From: Octopus vulgaris
Lineage: Eukaryota
NCBI GenBank assembly: GCA_951406725.2
Contig: OX597832.1
Location: 63,736,001-63,800,000, forward strand
DNA length: 64,000 nucleotides
Direction of reading: 5' to 3'
Numbering within the stretch: position 1 is the first letter of the stretch; each line of letters opens with the position of its first letter. The notes beneath the pieces were generated by a model. It saw nothing but the letters and a program-made list of their open reading frames with translations, had not been told where the DNA came from and ran no database searches. Below, in pieces: positions 1-13,015 of the stretch. The translations under genes were made by a program, and so were the position numbers.

Positions 1-224
1 TCAGGGTACCATGCAGTCGGAGTGAACATGGTCTCATGGTCACTGGGAAACAGATTTCCAACCATACAGCCATGCCTGCACCTATACCCAGGCATAGCAT
101 TCAGAACATCAGCCTTTAGTTTAATTATTCAAATTCATGGCATTGCACCATTTGAGTTACTTCCCTTAACTCGTTTTACTTTTTAATTAACCCGTAAATT
201 ATATCTTAACTCAGAACACATTAA

Positions 225-417
225 TCCTTTCGCATTTAAACCGGTCATATCTGGCCAAAATATTCTACTTGCTTTTTGTTTTCAAACTAAGCAGATCTGG
301 CCCCTCACACCTGATCAACAATATCATTCTAAAAATAAACAATCACATCATTGAAATATGGAACCAGCTTCAATAAATACGTATTACATTTGACAGATTA
401 AACTGAATGCTAAAGGG
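225..417. mobile_element. piggyBac-like MITE (copy 1)
   Basis: TTAA at 221-224, then terminus tcctttcgcatt; other terminus aatgctaaaggg followed by taaa. A homologous copy lies at 47480-47687. Confidence 0.65.
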
Positions 418-778
418 TAAAACCAACAGCCCATCATTTTGCCTATTCAACCATATCAATTAACTTCACACCCTCCCACATAATCTATTTATTTGATTTT
501 TCTGTTCTATATTTAATGGTCCAGTGCACAAGGCCACAAATAATTGCAGTGATTCCCTCTTAACCTTTTACACTTCATTTGACCTCTCAAAATAAATCAA
601 GAAACACATATCCCACCACACACTCTCTCCCTTTCCTCCCCCTCCTCCTCCTCCTTCATCCTACTTTCATCTCCCATTTCTTTCACTAATCCCTCCACCT
701 CATCAGCGTGTCCCCTTTTCACTTCTCCTTCCACCTCCGTTTTTTCCTCTTCACTTTCCCTTCTTTTTCTCCTGTAAT

Positions 779-1070
779 CAACCAACCAAACAATTAACCA
801 ACCAACCAGCCAGCCAGCCAGCCAGCCAACCAACCAACCAACCAACCAACCAACTAAGCAATTAACCAACCAACTAACCAAGTAATTAACCAACCAGCCA
901 ATGAAGCAATTAACCAATCAGCCAACCAAGTAATCAACCAACCAACCAACCAACCAATCAACCAAGCAATTAACCAACCAACCAACCAAGAAACCGACCA
1001 ACCAACCAACCAACCAACCAACCAAGCAATTAACCAACCAACCAACCAACCAACCAATTAACCAACCAAG
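779..1070. repeat. (CCAA)n microsatellite with interspersed aagcaatta units
   Basis: Direct reading; explains the LVGW-repeat ORFs. Confidence 0.95.
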
Positions 1071-1103
1071 CAAACAAAGAAAGAAAAGAATGTCACAACT
1101 TAC

Positions 1104-1274
1104 GTCGAGCTTCGACACTTTTCAGTAACATTCCCTCCAAGAATGTGTTGTGCCTCATGTTACCTTTGGCTATTTGTCTCCATTCTTTTCTGAATTCATT
1201 GACACCAACCACTGCAAAATCCCCTTCAAACAGGTGGAAGTTGGCCAGTGTTGGCTGCTCGCTGGCCATGTTCC
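1104..1274 (-). CDS. Coding exon of an unidentified host gene (…GN)[55 protein letters not shown]
   Basis: On the minus strand: polypyrimidine acceptor ttttttcttctcttatttgcag| at 1275, open frame with ATG at 1269, and canonical donor C|gtaagt at 1103. Phase 1 at both ends. Non-repetitive, protein-like composition. Confidence 0.7.
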
Positions 1275-1391
1275 CTGCAAATAAGAGAAGAAAAAAACAG
1301 ATACAGAAATTCTACAAGATACAACGCAATGAAGACAGGTTGTTGTTGTTGGTATGTGTGTGTGTATTTCTTTATAGTCTTTTATTCATTT

Positions 1392-1780
1392 ATTTGTTTC
1401 AGTCATTTGACTGCGGCTATGCTGGAGCACTGCCTTTTTAGTCAAACAAACTGAACACCACGACTTATTCTTTGTAAGCCTAGTACTTATTCTATCGGTG
1501 TCTTTTGCCGAACTGCTAAGTTACGGGAACGTAAACACACTAGCATCAGTTGTCAACCGATGGTGGCGGGGGGGACAAACACAGATACATAAACACACAC
1601 ATACACACACATAGATGAGAGGCTTCATTCAGTTTCCGTCTACCAAATCCGCTCACAAAGCTTTGGTTGGCCCAAGGCTATAGTAGAAGACACTTGCCCA
1701 AGGTGCCTCACAGTTGGACTGAACCTGGAACCATGTGGTTGGTAAGCAAGCTGCTTACCACACAGCCACTCCTGCGCCTG
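1392..1780 (-). mobile_element. tRNA-derived SINE, family A (~390 bp, internal microsatellite)
   Basis: A/B-box-like head (tggctgtgtggtaag…ggttcagtcc), ccttgggcaagt core, tail aaatgactgaaaca; more than 15 homologous copies in the window. Confidence 0.9.
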
Positions 1781-1831
1781 TATAGGTATGTATTTGTGCA
1801 AAAGATCATATAGTTATATGTGTGTAGAGAC

Positions 1832-2240
1832 ACGAGGGGGTACCCAAAAGAACCCAGAATTTTGCAATATTATTTTGTTCACTTAGTTTTACATGTTTAT
1901 ACGTTTACTGACTTCAAAGTATTCTCCGTTTGAAGCAATGCATTGGTCCAAAGGTGTTTTCCACTATTTGAAGCAGTACTGAGACTCTTGCAAAGTGATG
2001 CCTTTTAATGCCACTGTCGTTTTTACCTCCACCTCTTCCACATCTGCAAATTCCATAGCACCAGCTTTCATAACCAGTGATGCCCTTTGAAAAAAAACGG
2101 TCCAGATCAACTTCCACCTGTTCTGTCAATTCATGACACGTATTCAGCCGTGATGGTTTTTGATCTTCCATGAACAAGTGAGACACGAATTTTGTCGCAA
2201 CCCTTTTCATTTGTAATTCCTCTGACCTCAGTCACAATTC
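1832..2240 (-). mobile_element. Mariner transposon fragment
   Basis: ORF 1914-2210 contains VATKFVSHL and ITGYESWCYG, resembling mariner xKFVPxxL and ITGDESWxY motifs; TIR-like cgagggggtacccaaaa at ~1832. Confidence 0.75.
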
Positions 2241-2445
2241 TACACCAATACAGCAAGTCTTTTATCAATAATATGGCAAGAATAAAAAATATTTTATTGC
2301 ATTATGTATTTCTTTGAACAATGACACATCCAAATATATTTAGTGTAATTATGTGAAATAATCTGTATATGACAGTTGCAGATATAAATGTTGACTGTCT
2401 GATTTCTCCAGTCATGCATTACATTGTATATATATATGTATATAC

Positions 2446-2484
<39 letters not shown>

Positions 2485-3000
2485 GGAGAGAGAGAAGGTA
2501 GAGTAAAAAAAAAAGATACTGAGAGGGATAATGTAAGAGGAGCAGGATGAGTGTGCACACGAGGATTAGTGGCAGGCAATGAGTAAATGAACAGTCTTGC
2601 TCTCCCCCTTTACATATATCCTGAAAGAGAGAGAGAAAGAAACATAGGAACAGAGGAAGAGGAAGGAGAGTGTCTGTGTGTGTGTACATATGCATGTATA
2701 CAAACACACACACATAGACAGAGAGAACTCTGCCTCAACAACATTCATCGGACCTATGCAAAACATAGGAAAATGAATGTTAAAACGATGATGATACACA
2801 CATATACATACACAAATACAAACAACAGGCTTCCACACAGTTTCCACCTAATAAATTCATTTAAGTTGTAGCAGTTGGCCTGCAGTAATAGTAGAGGGCA
2901 CTTACCTGAAGCTGTCTCATTGTGGGACTGAACCTGAAGTCACTTGATTGCAAAGCAAATGTCTTAACCACACAGCCATGCGTGCATCTATACAATGTCT

Positions 3001-3196
3001 TCATCATCATCATCATCGTTTAACGTCCGCTTTCCATGCTAGCATGGGTTGGACGGTTCAACTGGGGTCTGGCAAGCCTGAAGGCTGCACCAGGCCAGTC
3101 AGATCTGGCAGTGTTTCTACAGCTGGATGCCCTTCCTAACGCCAACCACTCCGAGAGTGTAGTGGGTGATTTTATGTGCCACCGACACAGGTGCCA
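3001..3196 (-). mobile_element. SINE or LINE fragment with RTE-type 3' tail ending in (GAT)n
   Basis: Tail catgctagcatggaaagcggacgttaaacgatgatg matches the 3' end of the RTE fragment at 46684-47071. Confidence 0.75.
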
Positions 3197-3230
3197 AATG
3201 TCTTATTTTATTTTATTTTTATTTTTGTTT

Positions 3231-3649
3231 AGGTGCAGGCATGGCTGTGTGGTAAGTAGCTTGCTTACCAACCACATGGTTCTGGGTTCAGTCCCACTGT
3301 GTGGCACCTTGGGCAAGTGTCTTCTACTATAGCACCTGTGTGGCACCTTGGGCAAGTGTCTTCTACTATAGCCTTGGGCCGACCAAAGCCCAAGGCTATA
3401 GTATGGATTTGGTAGACGGAAACTGAAAAGAAGCCCACCGTATATATGTAAATATATGTGTGTGTGTGTCTGTGTTCATCCCCCCAACATCGCTTGACAA
3501 CCGATGCTTAGCGGTTTGGCAAAAGAGAACAACAGAATAAGTACTAGGCTTACAAAGAATAAGTCCTGGGGTCGATTTGCTCGACTAAAAGCAGTGCTCC
3601 AGCATGGCCATAGTCAAATGAATGAAACAAGTAAAAGAGTAAAAGAGTA
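3231..3649 (+). mobile_element. SINE family A with an internal ~38-bp tandem duplication
   Basis: Homology to family A; ctgtgtggcaccttgggcaagtgtcttctactatagc occurs twice (~3298-3372). Confidence 0.9.
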
Positions 3650-3970
3650 ATCATAAAGCCTAGTTAGAGCTATTAGTTTAATTAGCGTTATATCAGAGTG
3701 GCCATGGTGACGGCATTTGTAGTGGTGGTCATGGCGGTAATGTTAACTGATTTAATTTGTGCATTATTAACGCCATAATATTCATCTAACAACAAAGAAC
3801 CACTCATGACATATAATAATAATAAATAACAACAACAACAGCAACAATAGTATTAATGATGTGATGAATGATTAAAGAAGAGATAGAGTGGTTGACAATA
3901 TCGACGGAGCCGTCTGTCACTGCGTCCTTTGAGTGCACTAATACAGTATCTCAACAAAGGTACTAAACAC

Positions 3971-4070
3971 CTTGGCTAGTTGTACTTTGATGCAGGTGGT
4001 TCCGTTTCTGCCTTGGACCACTTAACAGTAATGGTTTGCTTAGCTTCGTCCCCACCATAATCAGTTCCAT
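3971..4070 (-). CDS. Candidate alternative first coding exon MELIMVGTKLSKPLLLSGPRQKRNHLHQSTTSQ+G
   Basis: ATG at 4070, 33 codons + 1 nt, then CAAG|gtgttt; phase 1 matches the exon at 1274. The donor is weak. Confidence 0.25.
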
Positions 4071-4542
4071 TCTATATACCAACCCCCGCTAGACATTTTG
4101 TTAGCAGTTAGTGTTAACATCTGATTGATTACATCGTGAAGTGGGGCAGGAATTAAATAACACCAGATTTCTATGTCTTTTAAGCATAAAAAGAGGATTT
4201 ATGTGTGTGTGTGTGTGTGTGTACAGTGTATGGAGGAAATTGGTAGCATTCCAGGTTGGATAAAAATTTGAATTTGTGTAACAGACGTTTATTTGTGTTT
4301 TTATCATAAAATATTGTAGAATTTGGTAGAATTTGAGTGCTTTTGTTTTTCTTGTTCTTTATCCTTTGTTCATCTCCATTAAATGGATGTAATTTTTATT
4401 TGCCAATATAGTATTCACACACACTATGCATTAATATATTTCTGTTTTATATCAATATCTATCTATGTGTATGTATGTATATATAGATATATACATACAC
4501 ACATACTTATGCATTAATTGACACTCCATATGTTGGTATATA

Positions 4543-5553
<1,011 letters not shown>

Positions 5554-6112
5554 AATAGAGGGTGAATTCAGTGTATAGTAAATTTTCATTAAGCATGAAT
5601 GGCGGTAGCATTTCTAACTTTGTCATTTAGTTATTTTCTTTTAGATATTTTATTTACTTTGTTTACGGTGTTATTTCCAGTCAAGCATTGATTTTCATAA
5701 TGTTATCATATCATTATTATCTTACTATATTTTCCCATACCATATCTTGTTTAAACTGTTTAATGGTTTTAAAACTGTTTACGTTCTCATTAATCCAACA
5801 TTTATTTACTCTAGAGAAATATCCGCTTTCATTATGAAGGCATTCAGAATGTCTTAGCGATACATTTATGGTATGAAGTTGTTCGCCAATGCAACTCAGC
5901 TTCTGGCACACAGACATGCTCTGCTGCCTTCTCATTCTGCCTCATCTAATGCTACTACCATAGCCACTGTTCCTCATTTGTAGCCTGACACATGTCCAAG
6001 TACCACATAATGGGATCAAACCCAAAACCATATAGATGTGAAGCAAATTTCTTAACTAACAGCCTTAGAAAGAAACAGACAGATGGGGACACACACACAC
6101 ACAAAAATACAT

Positions 6113-6215
6113 ATAAGGTGCATTCAAAAAGTATCCGACTTTATTTTTTCCCACCAAAACTAATATCACGTGGGCAAAATCCTTTGGGCAGGAGAGAGCA
6201 CTACTCTTCCTGAAT
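6113..6215 (+). mobile_element. Mariner-type terminal fragment
   Basis: taaggtgcattcaaaaagtatccgact resembles mariner TIRs; no partner end seen. Confidence 0.4.
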
Positions 6216-6683
6216 GTCCCTAATAAATACTATCATCATTAAAATCCACACACAGACGAGCCTGTGTGTGTATTTATTAAGGCAATCAATTTTTTTCAAG
6301 TCAATCAATCGACCGATTGAGTAAATAGAACTTGAACACACCTATAATGCATATCAGAAACGGCTGTAAGTCAAAGGTGCACAAATACAGATATATGTAA
6401 AGCACATTTTTTATGCCTTTTCTTGTACATCAGTGAAAAAGACTAGTTTAATTAGGGAGTGCAACCATGGATTTATAAAATTGACTGGTAACAGACTTTA
6501 ACTTTGGATTTTGCCATAGGATTACCTGGAGTTCTATACCAATCTGAAGACATTTCATTAGCCTGGTGTATTTGTATTAGCAGAGAGCTTGTGAAGTATT
6601 TTGTCTGGATTGACAATCTGGAGAAGAAGCACACTCTATGAGATGTAGAGCACTTAATATTATAGTGGGGTAGGCCAGTTTAT

Positions 6684-6744
6684 GGGGATACCCTGGGTTT
6701 TATGCTCATATGGAGTTTAGCCTTATGGCATATCTTCAGAACCC
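6684..6744 (-). ncRNA. Type I hammerhead ribozyme (degenerate copy, GAAA mutated)
   Basis: Reverse complement: gggtt-CTGAAGA-tatgc…gcata-aaa-ccc-a-ggg-T-A-tcccc. Confidence 0.6.
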
Positions 6745-7098
6745 AAGCACTGCTGGCCTGAGACCTCTTTAAAATATAGAGGGGGAAAAGCCTTGTTTTT
6801 AAGGGTAAAACCCTAGGTGATTATCTCCCTTTGCCATTGTTCATCGATCTTTGGCCGTCCTGACATCTTGTGGTCACCAAAGCACTCCAAAGGTAAACGA
6901 TTGGTTTCCAGCTGTGGTGCTGCCGTGTGGTTTCCAAAAGGCCAGCAGGAATTTTCTAAAATGCAGGCATGGTCTGAAAATCTCTGTCCTGGAGTTCAGG
7001 ATGACCTCTGGCACGAGCGAGTCATCTAGGATCTTACCCTTCAAAATGAGGCTTTTCCCCACTCCATATTTTAAAGAGGTCTCAGGCCAGCAGTGTTT

Positions 7099-7159
7099 GG
7101 GGTCTGAAGATATGCCATAAGGCTAAACTCATTATGAGCAAGAAACCCAAGGTAACCTC
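7099..7159 (+). ncRNA. Type I hammerhead ribozyme with long stem II
   Basis: ggggt-CTGAAGA-(tatgccata…tatgagcaa)-GAAA-cc-caa-gg-T-A-acctc; stem I ggggt/acctc; GUA cleavage triplet. Confidence 0.75.
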
Positions 7160-7175
7160 ATCAACTGGCCAACCT

Positions 7176-7232
<57 letters not shown>

Positions 7233-7352
7233 TCTAAATTCGAATAGAGGTCTGTTAGAGGATTGTTTTAACTTCATGAAGGGATGGATTCATCCAAGTA
7301 AATACTGATTCAATACCTAATAGTTTTGGGGAATGAATTTCCTTAAAATAAT

Positions 7353-7403
<51 letters not shown>

Positions 7404-7410
<7 letters not shown>

Positions 7411-7595
7411 ACATAGTTTATATTCATATAAAAGAAGAAAAACAAATGGAGATTGGGAAGTTAATGATTGTTTATTATTAACAGCAAATTAATTATCATC
7501 CCTTTGATTGATTTGTTGTTAATAATAAACAATTATTAACTTCCCAATCTCCATTTCCTTTATCTTTTTTATATGGCTATAAACTATATGTTTAT

Positions 7596-7596
<1 letters not shown>
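7404..7596. repeat. Foldback (inverted repeat) between (TA)n and (CA)n tracts
   Basis: aaatggagattgggaagttaatgattgtttattattaacagcaaat pairs with atttgttgttaataataaacaattattaacttcccaatctccattt; arms ~90 bp. Confidence 0.85.
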
Positions 7597-7635
<39 letters not shown>

Positions 7636-8263
7636 CTACATACACAGAAACTGAAAGAAGCCTGTTATATATACATGCCAGCAAAAAGAATGATAGAATA
7701 AGTATCAAGCTTAAGGTGGTGGGTGCCCCAATATGGCAGCAGTCCAATGACTGAAACAATATGTATGTATGTGTGTGTGTGTGTGTTTATGTATATATAT
7801 ATGTCATCATTTTAATGTTCACTGGGGCAGATGGAACTCAGTGAGGCAAATTTTCTATGGCTGGATGCTCTTGCTGTCACTAACTCTCTCCTGTTTCCAA
7901 GTAAGGTAGTATTTCGCTTGACCAGAAATGTTTTAACAGAAGACTGAAGACAAAGGACACCATTTGTTGGACGATGACGCCTGCTTACGACTACCTTGAC
8001 ATGATGTCATGTCAAAGCAAGGATATAGCAACACACACACACACATGTATGCATGCATGCACACATGCGCACACACACACTGACACCCACCCCACTATGT
8101 GATGAACTTCTTTCAGTTTTGTTAATGAAATCTACTCACAAGGCTTTGGTTGGCCCAGAACTTGTCCAAAGTACCACACACAAACTTCTTACCACATAAG
8201 CACACCTGTGCATATAGCCATGCCTGCACCAATATATACATGTGTGTGTGTATGTGTATATAT

Positions 8264-8307
<44 letters not shown>

Positions 8308-8618
8308 CAAGATTAAAATTAAAGACATAGTATGTATGTCTACCTGCTGGAAATAAAAGTCAAAAACTCTTACTTAAATTGCCATAATACACTGATAATA
8401 ACTACAGAAATCAACCGTCCAAAGGAAAACATGCTAAGACAATCTCTCAGCCTACATTCAAGTATTTGGATTCACGTGGACCAATTTCTGGACTGGCATA
8501 ATAGCCTCACCTTTCTCAGAACATGTTACCATGATGGAGAGCCCCAACCCATTGTATTGAAGTCTGCGTTGCAACTGATACGTTTTGTGCTGAATCATGG
8601 CAGCCAGCAGTGTGAAAA

Positions 8619-8901
8619 TAATTTCAATATGGGGCAAGCAATTCAGGAGGAAAATAATTAACAAGAAAACAATTTGTGAAGATATTGACTCTATTATTAT
8701 CTAGTGTAACAGTTTAAAAATGATAATAACAGAATCAATAATATAGGCGATTGCAGGCCCCAAAAAGTATTAAAATTAATCAAAGGACATACTAAATATG
8801 TCTGTTACCATCATTTTTAAATTGTTACACTAGATAATAATAGAGCCAATGATATCTTTACAAATATTTTCTTGTGAATTATTTGGTCTGTATTGAAATT
8901 A
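8619..8901. repeat. Foldback ending at a (TA)n tract
   Basis: ctctattattatctagtgtaacagtttaaaaatgat pairs with atcatttttaaattgttacactagataataatagag; arms ~100 bp. Confidence 0.85.
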
Positions 8902-8923
8902 TATATGTATATGTATATATATA

Positions 8924-9132
8924 GTTAATCCAAACATGAAAACACAAAGAGAAAACACAACAACGCGAGGACGTGGAACAAATGTAGTATTATTGGATGC
9001 TCAGGAAAGAAGGAGGGTTTAACGTTTCGAGCGGAGCTCTTCATCAGAAACATAGGAAAAGGAAAGATCCAAAGAAGGGAAGACGGAGGAAAAAAAAATC
9101 GCCAACGGTACACACGAGGTCACATTTCGAAT

Positions 9133-9135
<3 letters not shown>
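8924..9135 (-). mobile_element. ~200-nt non-coding HHR-bearing element in (TA)n (solo pLTR or retrozyme-like), copy 1
   Basis: Homologous end-to-end to 40856-41056; both are flanked by TA repeats. Confidence 0.8.
9017..9051 (-). ncRNA. Minimal type I hammerhead ribozyme
   Basis: Reverse complement: gttt-CTGATGA-a-gagc-tcc-gctc-GAAA-cg-T-T-aaac; palindromic AACGTT stem III as in minimal PLE HHRs. Confidence 0.8.
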
Positions 9136-9206
<71 letters not shown>

Positions 9207-10239
9207 ATACATTTGTATGTGCATGTGTGTGCATGCATATATAGTGTGTATATGACAGGCTTCTGTACAGTTTCCATTTTTAAAAAATTTCATTCGCAAA
9301 GGATCAGTCACTTCAATACTATTGTACAAAATACGGAAGAAGCTTGTCAAAGGTGCATTGCAGTGGGGTGGAACTCAAAACCAGATGGTTCCAAATCAAA
9401 CTTCTTAACCGTATAGCCATGTCTGCGGCATTACATTCTGCAAAAAGGAAATGTCTAAATATCAAGACCCACCCTGGAACTATTAACACATCTTTTGGAA
9501 TAAAAGACTTAATGTCAATCAGAGACCAAACTAATAAAAATGTTTCACCTTAAAAGATTAAGAAAATAAATAGCCTAAAGAAAGAAATGGTAATCATGTT
9601 TGTTTTATACTCATAATGTTTGGGGTTTTTTTGAAATATTTTTTTTCATGCACTTTTTTAGAAATTCTAATATTGACATTTTCTATTCCTCAAGTCAATT
9701 AATTTTTCATTTGTATTCTCTTCGTTAATTGCAGTAAGAGACTTCTTGTAAAATGATAATTAATTCATACTCTGTTTTCTTTTACTGTATCTCGTTTAAT
9801 GTTCTAATAACTCTGATTATATCCTCAACAAATAAACCCTGTCTATTTAATTGAATTATTAATTAATTTTATATCACCAATTAGTGAACAATGTCCATTG
9901 TTTGGTGCAGGTTCCCAATGAGCCAGACATTGGTTCACAGCATTTCTGATGGTCTCATTGAAAAGGATGTGTCTGTATCTTGGTGCAGAACAAATATCAC
10001 GTGGGACTTCATTTGAGAAACACCATCTTTTGCATTTTTTTCACCCATATTTTATTTTTACACCCTTTGGTAAGCATTGATGAAGTTTGTATCAGTTTGA
10101 TTGTTTAGCCCTTGGTCAGTCTTCACCAAGCAGAGCAAAGATCAGAGGCATTTAAGCTATGATTATTCAGTACTTTTTCCCAGACACAGTTTCAAACCAC
10201 CACCTGGTTCTTGGGTGCTTTAAATGGAGTCCACTTTGT

Positions 10240-10650
10240 TGCAACCACCACAAGGTCCAGTCCTTTTTGTGATATGATGGCTTGCATGCCTCAATGACCC
10301 TGAGAGGGTTATGCCAGTAGGATGCAAGGTTCTGATAGGGCCTGCTGGACAGGTCAAAGGATAGAAGCCAGACTTATATGGACCACCTCTTCTCAGAGGT
10401 AAAAATGGGTTTGCATAGGGCTAATGATCAACCTAGAACACAAGGCAAAGTTACAGAAGCACCAAGAACAACTGAAAACCAGCAAAACCTGAGAGGGGGA
10501 GGCCTTATGTGGTGCAGCAAAATCTGAAAGGAAGCTGCAAGGCCAACCCCATTTCTGACCACCAGGAAAGGGCCTAGAGGCATGAACAGTTGAGAAAAGG
10601 CATCAACAGCTAATACTTCGTAGGTCATTGTAGGTACTTTATTTGCAAGC
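10240..10650 (+). mobile_element. Probable RTE-clade LINE 5' UTR fragment
   Basis: ggcttgcatgcctcaatgaccctgagag…gacaggtcaaagg…gccagac…tagggctaa…gttacagaa resembles RTE/Expander 5' ends (recalled similarity, not a search result). Confidence 0.5.
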
Positions 10651-10819
10651 ATTCAATTCAGGTTTCATGACAGGAATAATTCAATAGATTGAATTCTTAT
10701 AATGCCAGGCATGACTAACCATTTTCATTCCATTTATCCAATCACAACATTTTCAGAATATAAATTTCCTTCAAATCTGTTTTGTTCTTTTTGTTTAGTA
10801 ATTTGAATTTTAATTTCTA

Positions 10820-10980
10820 CCATAATCCTTTCTACTTCAGCCATAAGGGCTGAAATGTTAGGGGAGGGCCTCAGTTGACTACATTGACCCCAGTTGTTAA
10901 TCAACACTTATTTCATCGACCCTGAAAGTATGAAAGGTAACGCTGACCTTGGCAGAATTTGAACTCAGAACATAAAACCA
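10820..10980 (-). mobile_element. SINE family B (Nin/Deu-like central domain), partial
   Basis: Homology to the 29681-29915 copy (cctttcat..tttc.gggtcgat.aaataagt). Confidence 0.75.
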
Positions 10981-10984
10981 GTAC

Positions 10985-11375
10985 TTGTTTCAGTCATTTG
11001 ACTGCAGCCATGCTGGAGCACTGCCTTTAGTCGAGCAAATCGATCCCAGGACTTATTCTTTGTAAGCCTAGTACTTATTCTATTGTTCTCTTTTGCCTAA
11101 CTGCTAAGTTATGGGGATGTAAACACACTAGCATCGGTTGTCAAGCGATGTTGGGAGGGGGGCAAACACAGACACACAAACATATACACACACATACATA
11201 TATATACATATATATGACAGGCTTCTTTCAGTTTCTGTCTACCAAATCCACTCACAAGGCTTTGATTGGCCTGAGGCTATAGTAGAAGACACTTGCCCAT
11301 GGTGCCACCTAATGGGACTGAACCTGGAACCATGTGGTTGGGAAGCAAGCTACTTACCACACAGCCACTCATGTG
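10985..11375 (-). mobile_element. SINE family A
   Basis: Full-length homology; many CpG-to-TpG changes. Confidence 0.9.
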
Positions 11376-12324
11376 CCGATATGTCAACTCACCACATTTT
11401 AAATTTCTACCATAATAAATCCTGACATAGAGGTAATACCGTTTTTTAAAATATTATTTTCAATTGGAATACAAATAACAAATTGGCAGAATCATGAGAG
11501 TGCTGGACAAAAATAGTCTCTGGTATTTGTCCTAGTTCTTTGCAATCTGGTTTCAAATCCTGCAGAGGTAGCTTTTTTTTTTTCATTCTTTTCAGAGAAA
11601 CAAAATAAAAATGCACTGCAAATACCAGTTTGAATATGCTAAGAGCATGTTTGGACTTGTAGATAAGCCATTGCATGTCAACAAGTCCAAACATGTTCTT
11701 GACATATTCGAGCTGATATTTACATTGCATGTTTACCAATCACCGCTCAGTGCACTAACCTTGCAATAAAAAGTACCAGTCAAATACTGGAGTCAATGGT
11801 ACTGATTATTCCCCTCCTCTTAAAACTACTGACCTTGTTCTTAAATTAGAAACAATTTAAATTCAAATAACGATAAAAAAATAAATAACATGTAACCTCG
11901 TTTACAAACTAATGATAAATAGACACAAGAACCAAGCATCAGAATGTTGTTAAAGAAGTAGTTTTAATTAGATTACTTCATTAGCAATATGGTAATTAAG
12001 AAGTATTTGACACAGATTGCTAAACCCCAAGTGATAGAAAGAAAAATACTTTTTTTTTCACAAAATAGGTCAACTCTAAGTTTTCTTCTCAAGTTCAGGT
12101 ATTCTATAATTATGACAAAAACAAAACAAAAAAAAACAAACAAAAAAAATAAACAAAAAGGAACTATTCTAGAATTTGCTAATTTAACATCAGTCAGGCA
12201 GGAAGAACTCTTTATACTGAAGAACTGGTACAAAATGCTGGCAACAGATTGGACTACACTCAGATAGCTATTTTTTAACTTATTTCAGAATGGAATTCAT
12301 AGATCAATCATTGTCCTCCTTCTC

Positions 12325-12730
12325 CTCCTTGTCATCATCATCGTCATCATCATCATCATCATCATCGTCATCATCATCATCATTATCCTCATCATTATTG
12401 TCATCATTATCATCATCATCGTCATCCTCCTCCTCATGATGATGATTATGATGATGATGATCATGATGATCATGATCATCATTGTCATTTAGCATGTTTT
12501 CCATGCTGGCATGGGTTACATGGTTTGACTTAAATTGGTAAGCCAGAGAGCTGCACCAGGCTCCAGTCTGTTTTGGTTTAGTTTCTATGGCTTGTCACCG
12601 ATATGGGTGCCTTTGACATGTCATTGGCACTGGACATGACTACGATTTCACTTAGCTTGACATGTCTTATGAAGCACAGGAAATTGCCAAAAGTGATGGT
12701 CACTTATCATCACTTCTGTGAGACTCAGCC
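12325..12730 (-). mobile_element. RTE-tailed element with an expanded (GAT)n tail
   Basis: (CAT)n at 12325-12485 followed by ttttccatgctggcatgggtt tail homology. Confidence 0.7.
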
Positions 12731-12978
12731 GGTACCTTTTTGCATGAGGATAGCTGTGTAAAGAAGTGTTGATATATATATATATATATTCTTTTACATG
12801 TTTCAATCATTTGACTGCGGTCATGCTGGAGCACCGCCTTTAGTTGAACAAATCAACCCCAGAACATATTCTTTGTAAGCCTAGTCTCTTTTGCCAAACT
12901 GCTAAGTTACGAGGACATAAACACACCAACAGCAGTTGTCAAGCAATGGTGGAGGGACAAACACAGACACACGAACAT

Positions 12979-13014
<36 letters not shown>

Positions 13015-13015
<1 letters not shown>

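Larger units (their letters stand above)
6640..7178 (-). mobile_element. Penelope-like element 3' fragment with inverted terminal duplication
   Basis: Inverted arms ~6665-6822 and ~7020-7178; the loop encodes ILNSRTEIFRPCLHFRKFLL on the minus strand (PLE endonuclease C-terminal LNxxxE…CxH pattern); HHR in both arms; abuts (TA)n. Confidence 0.8.

Noticed and set aside
3900-3935. Hairpin gacgg-ag-ccgtc with HHR-like spacing
   Set aside because: Flanks do not match the CTGANGA and GAAA core motifs.
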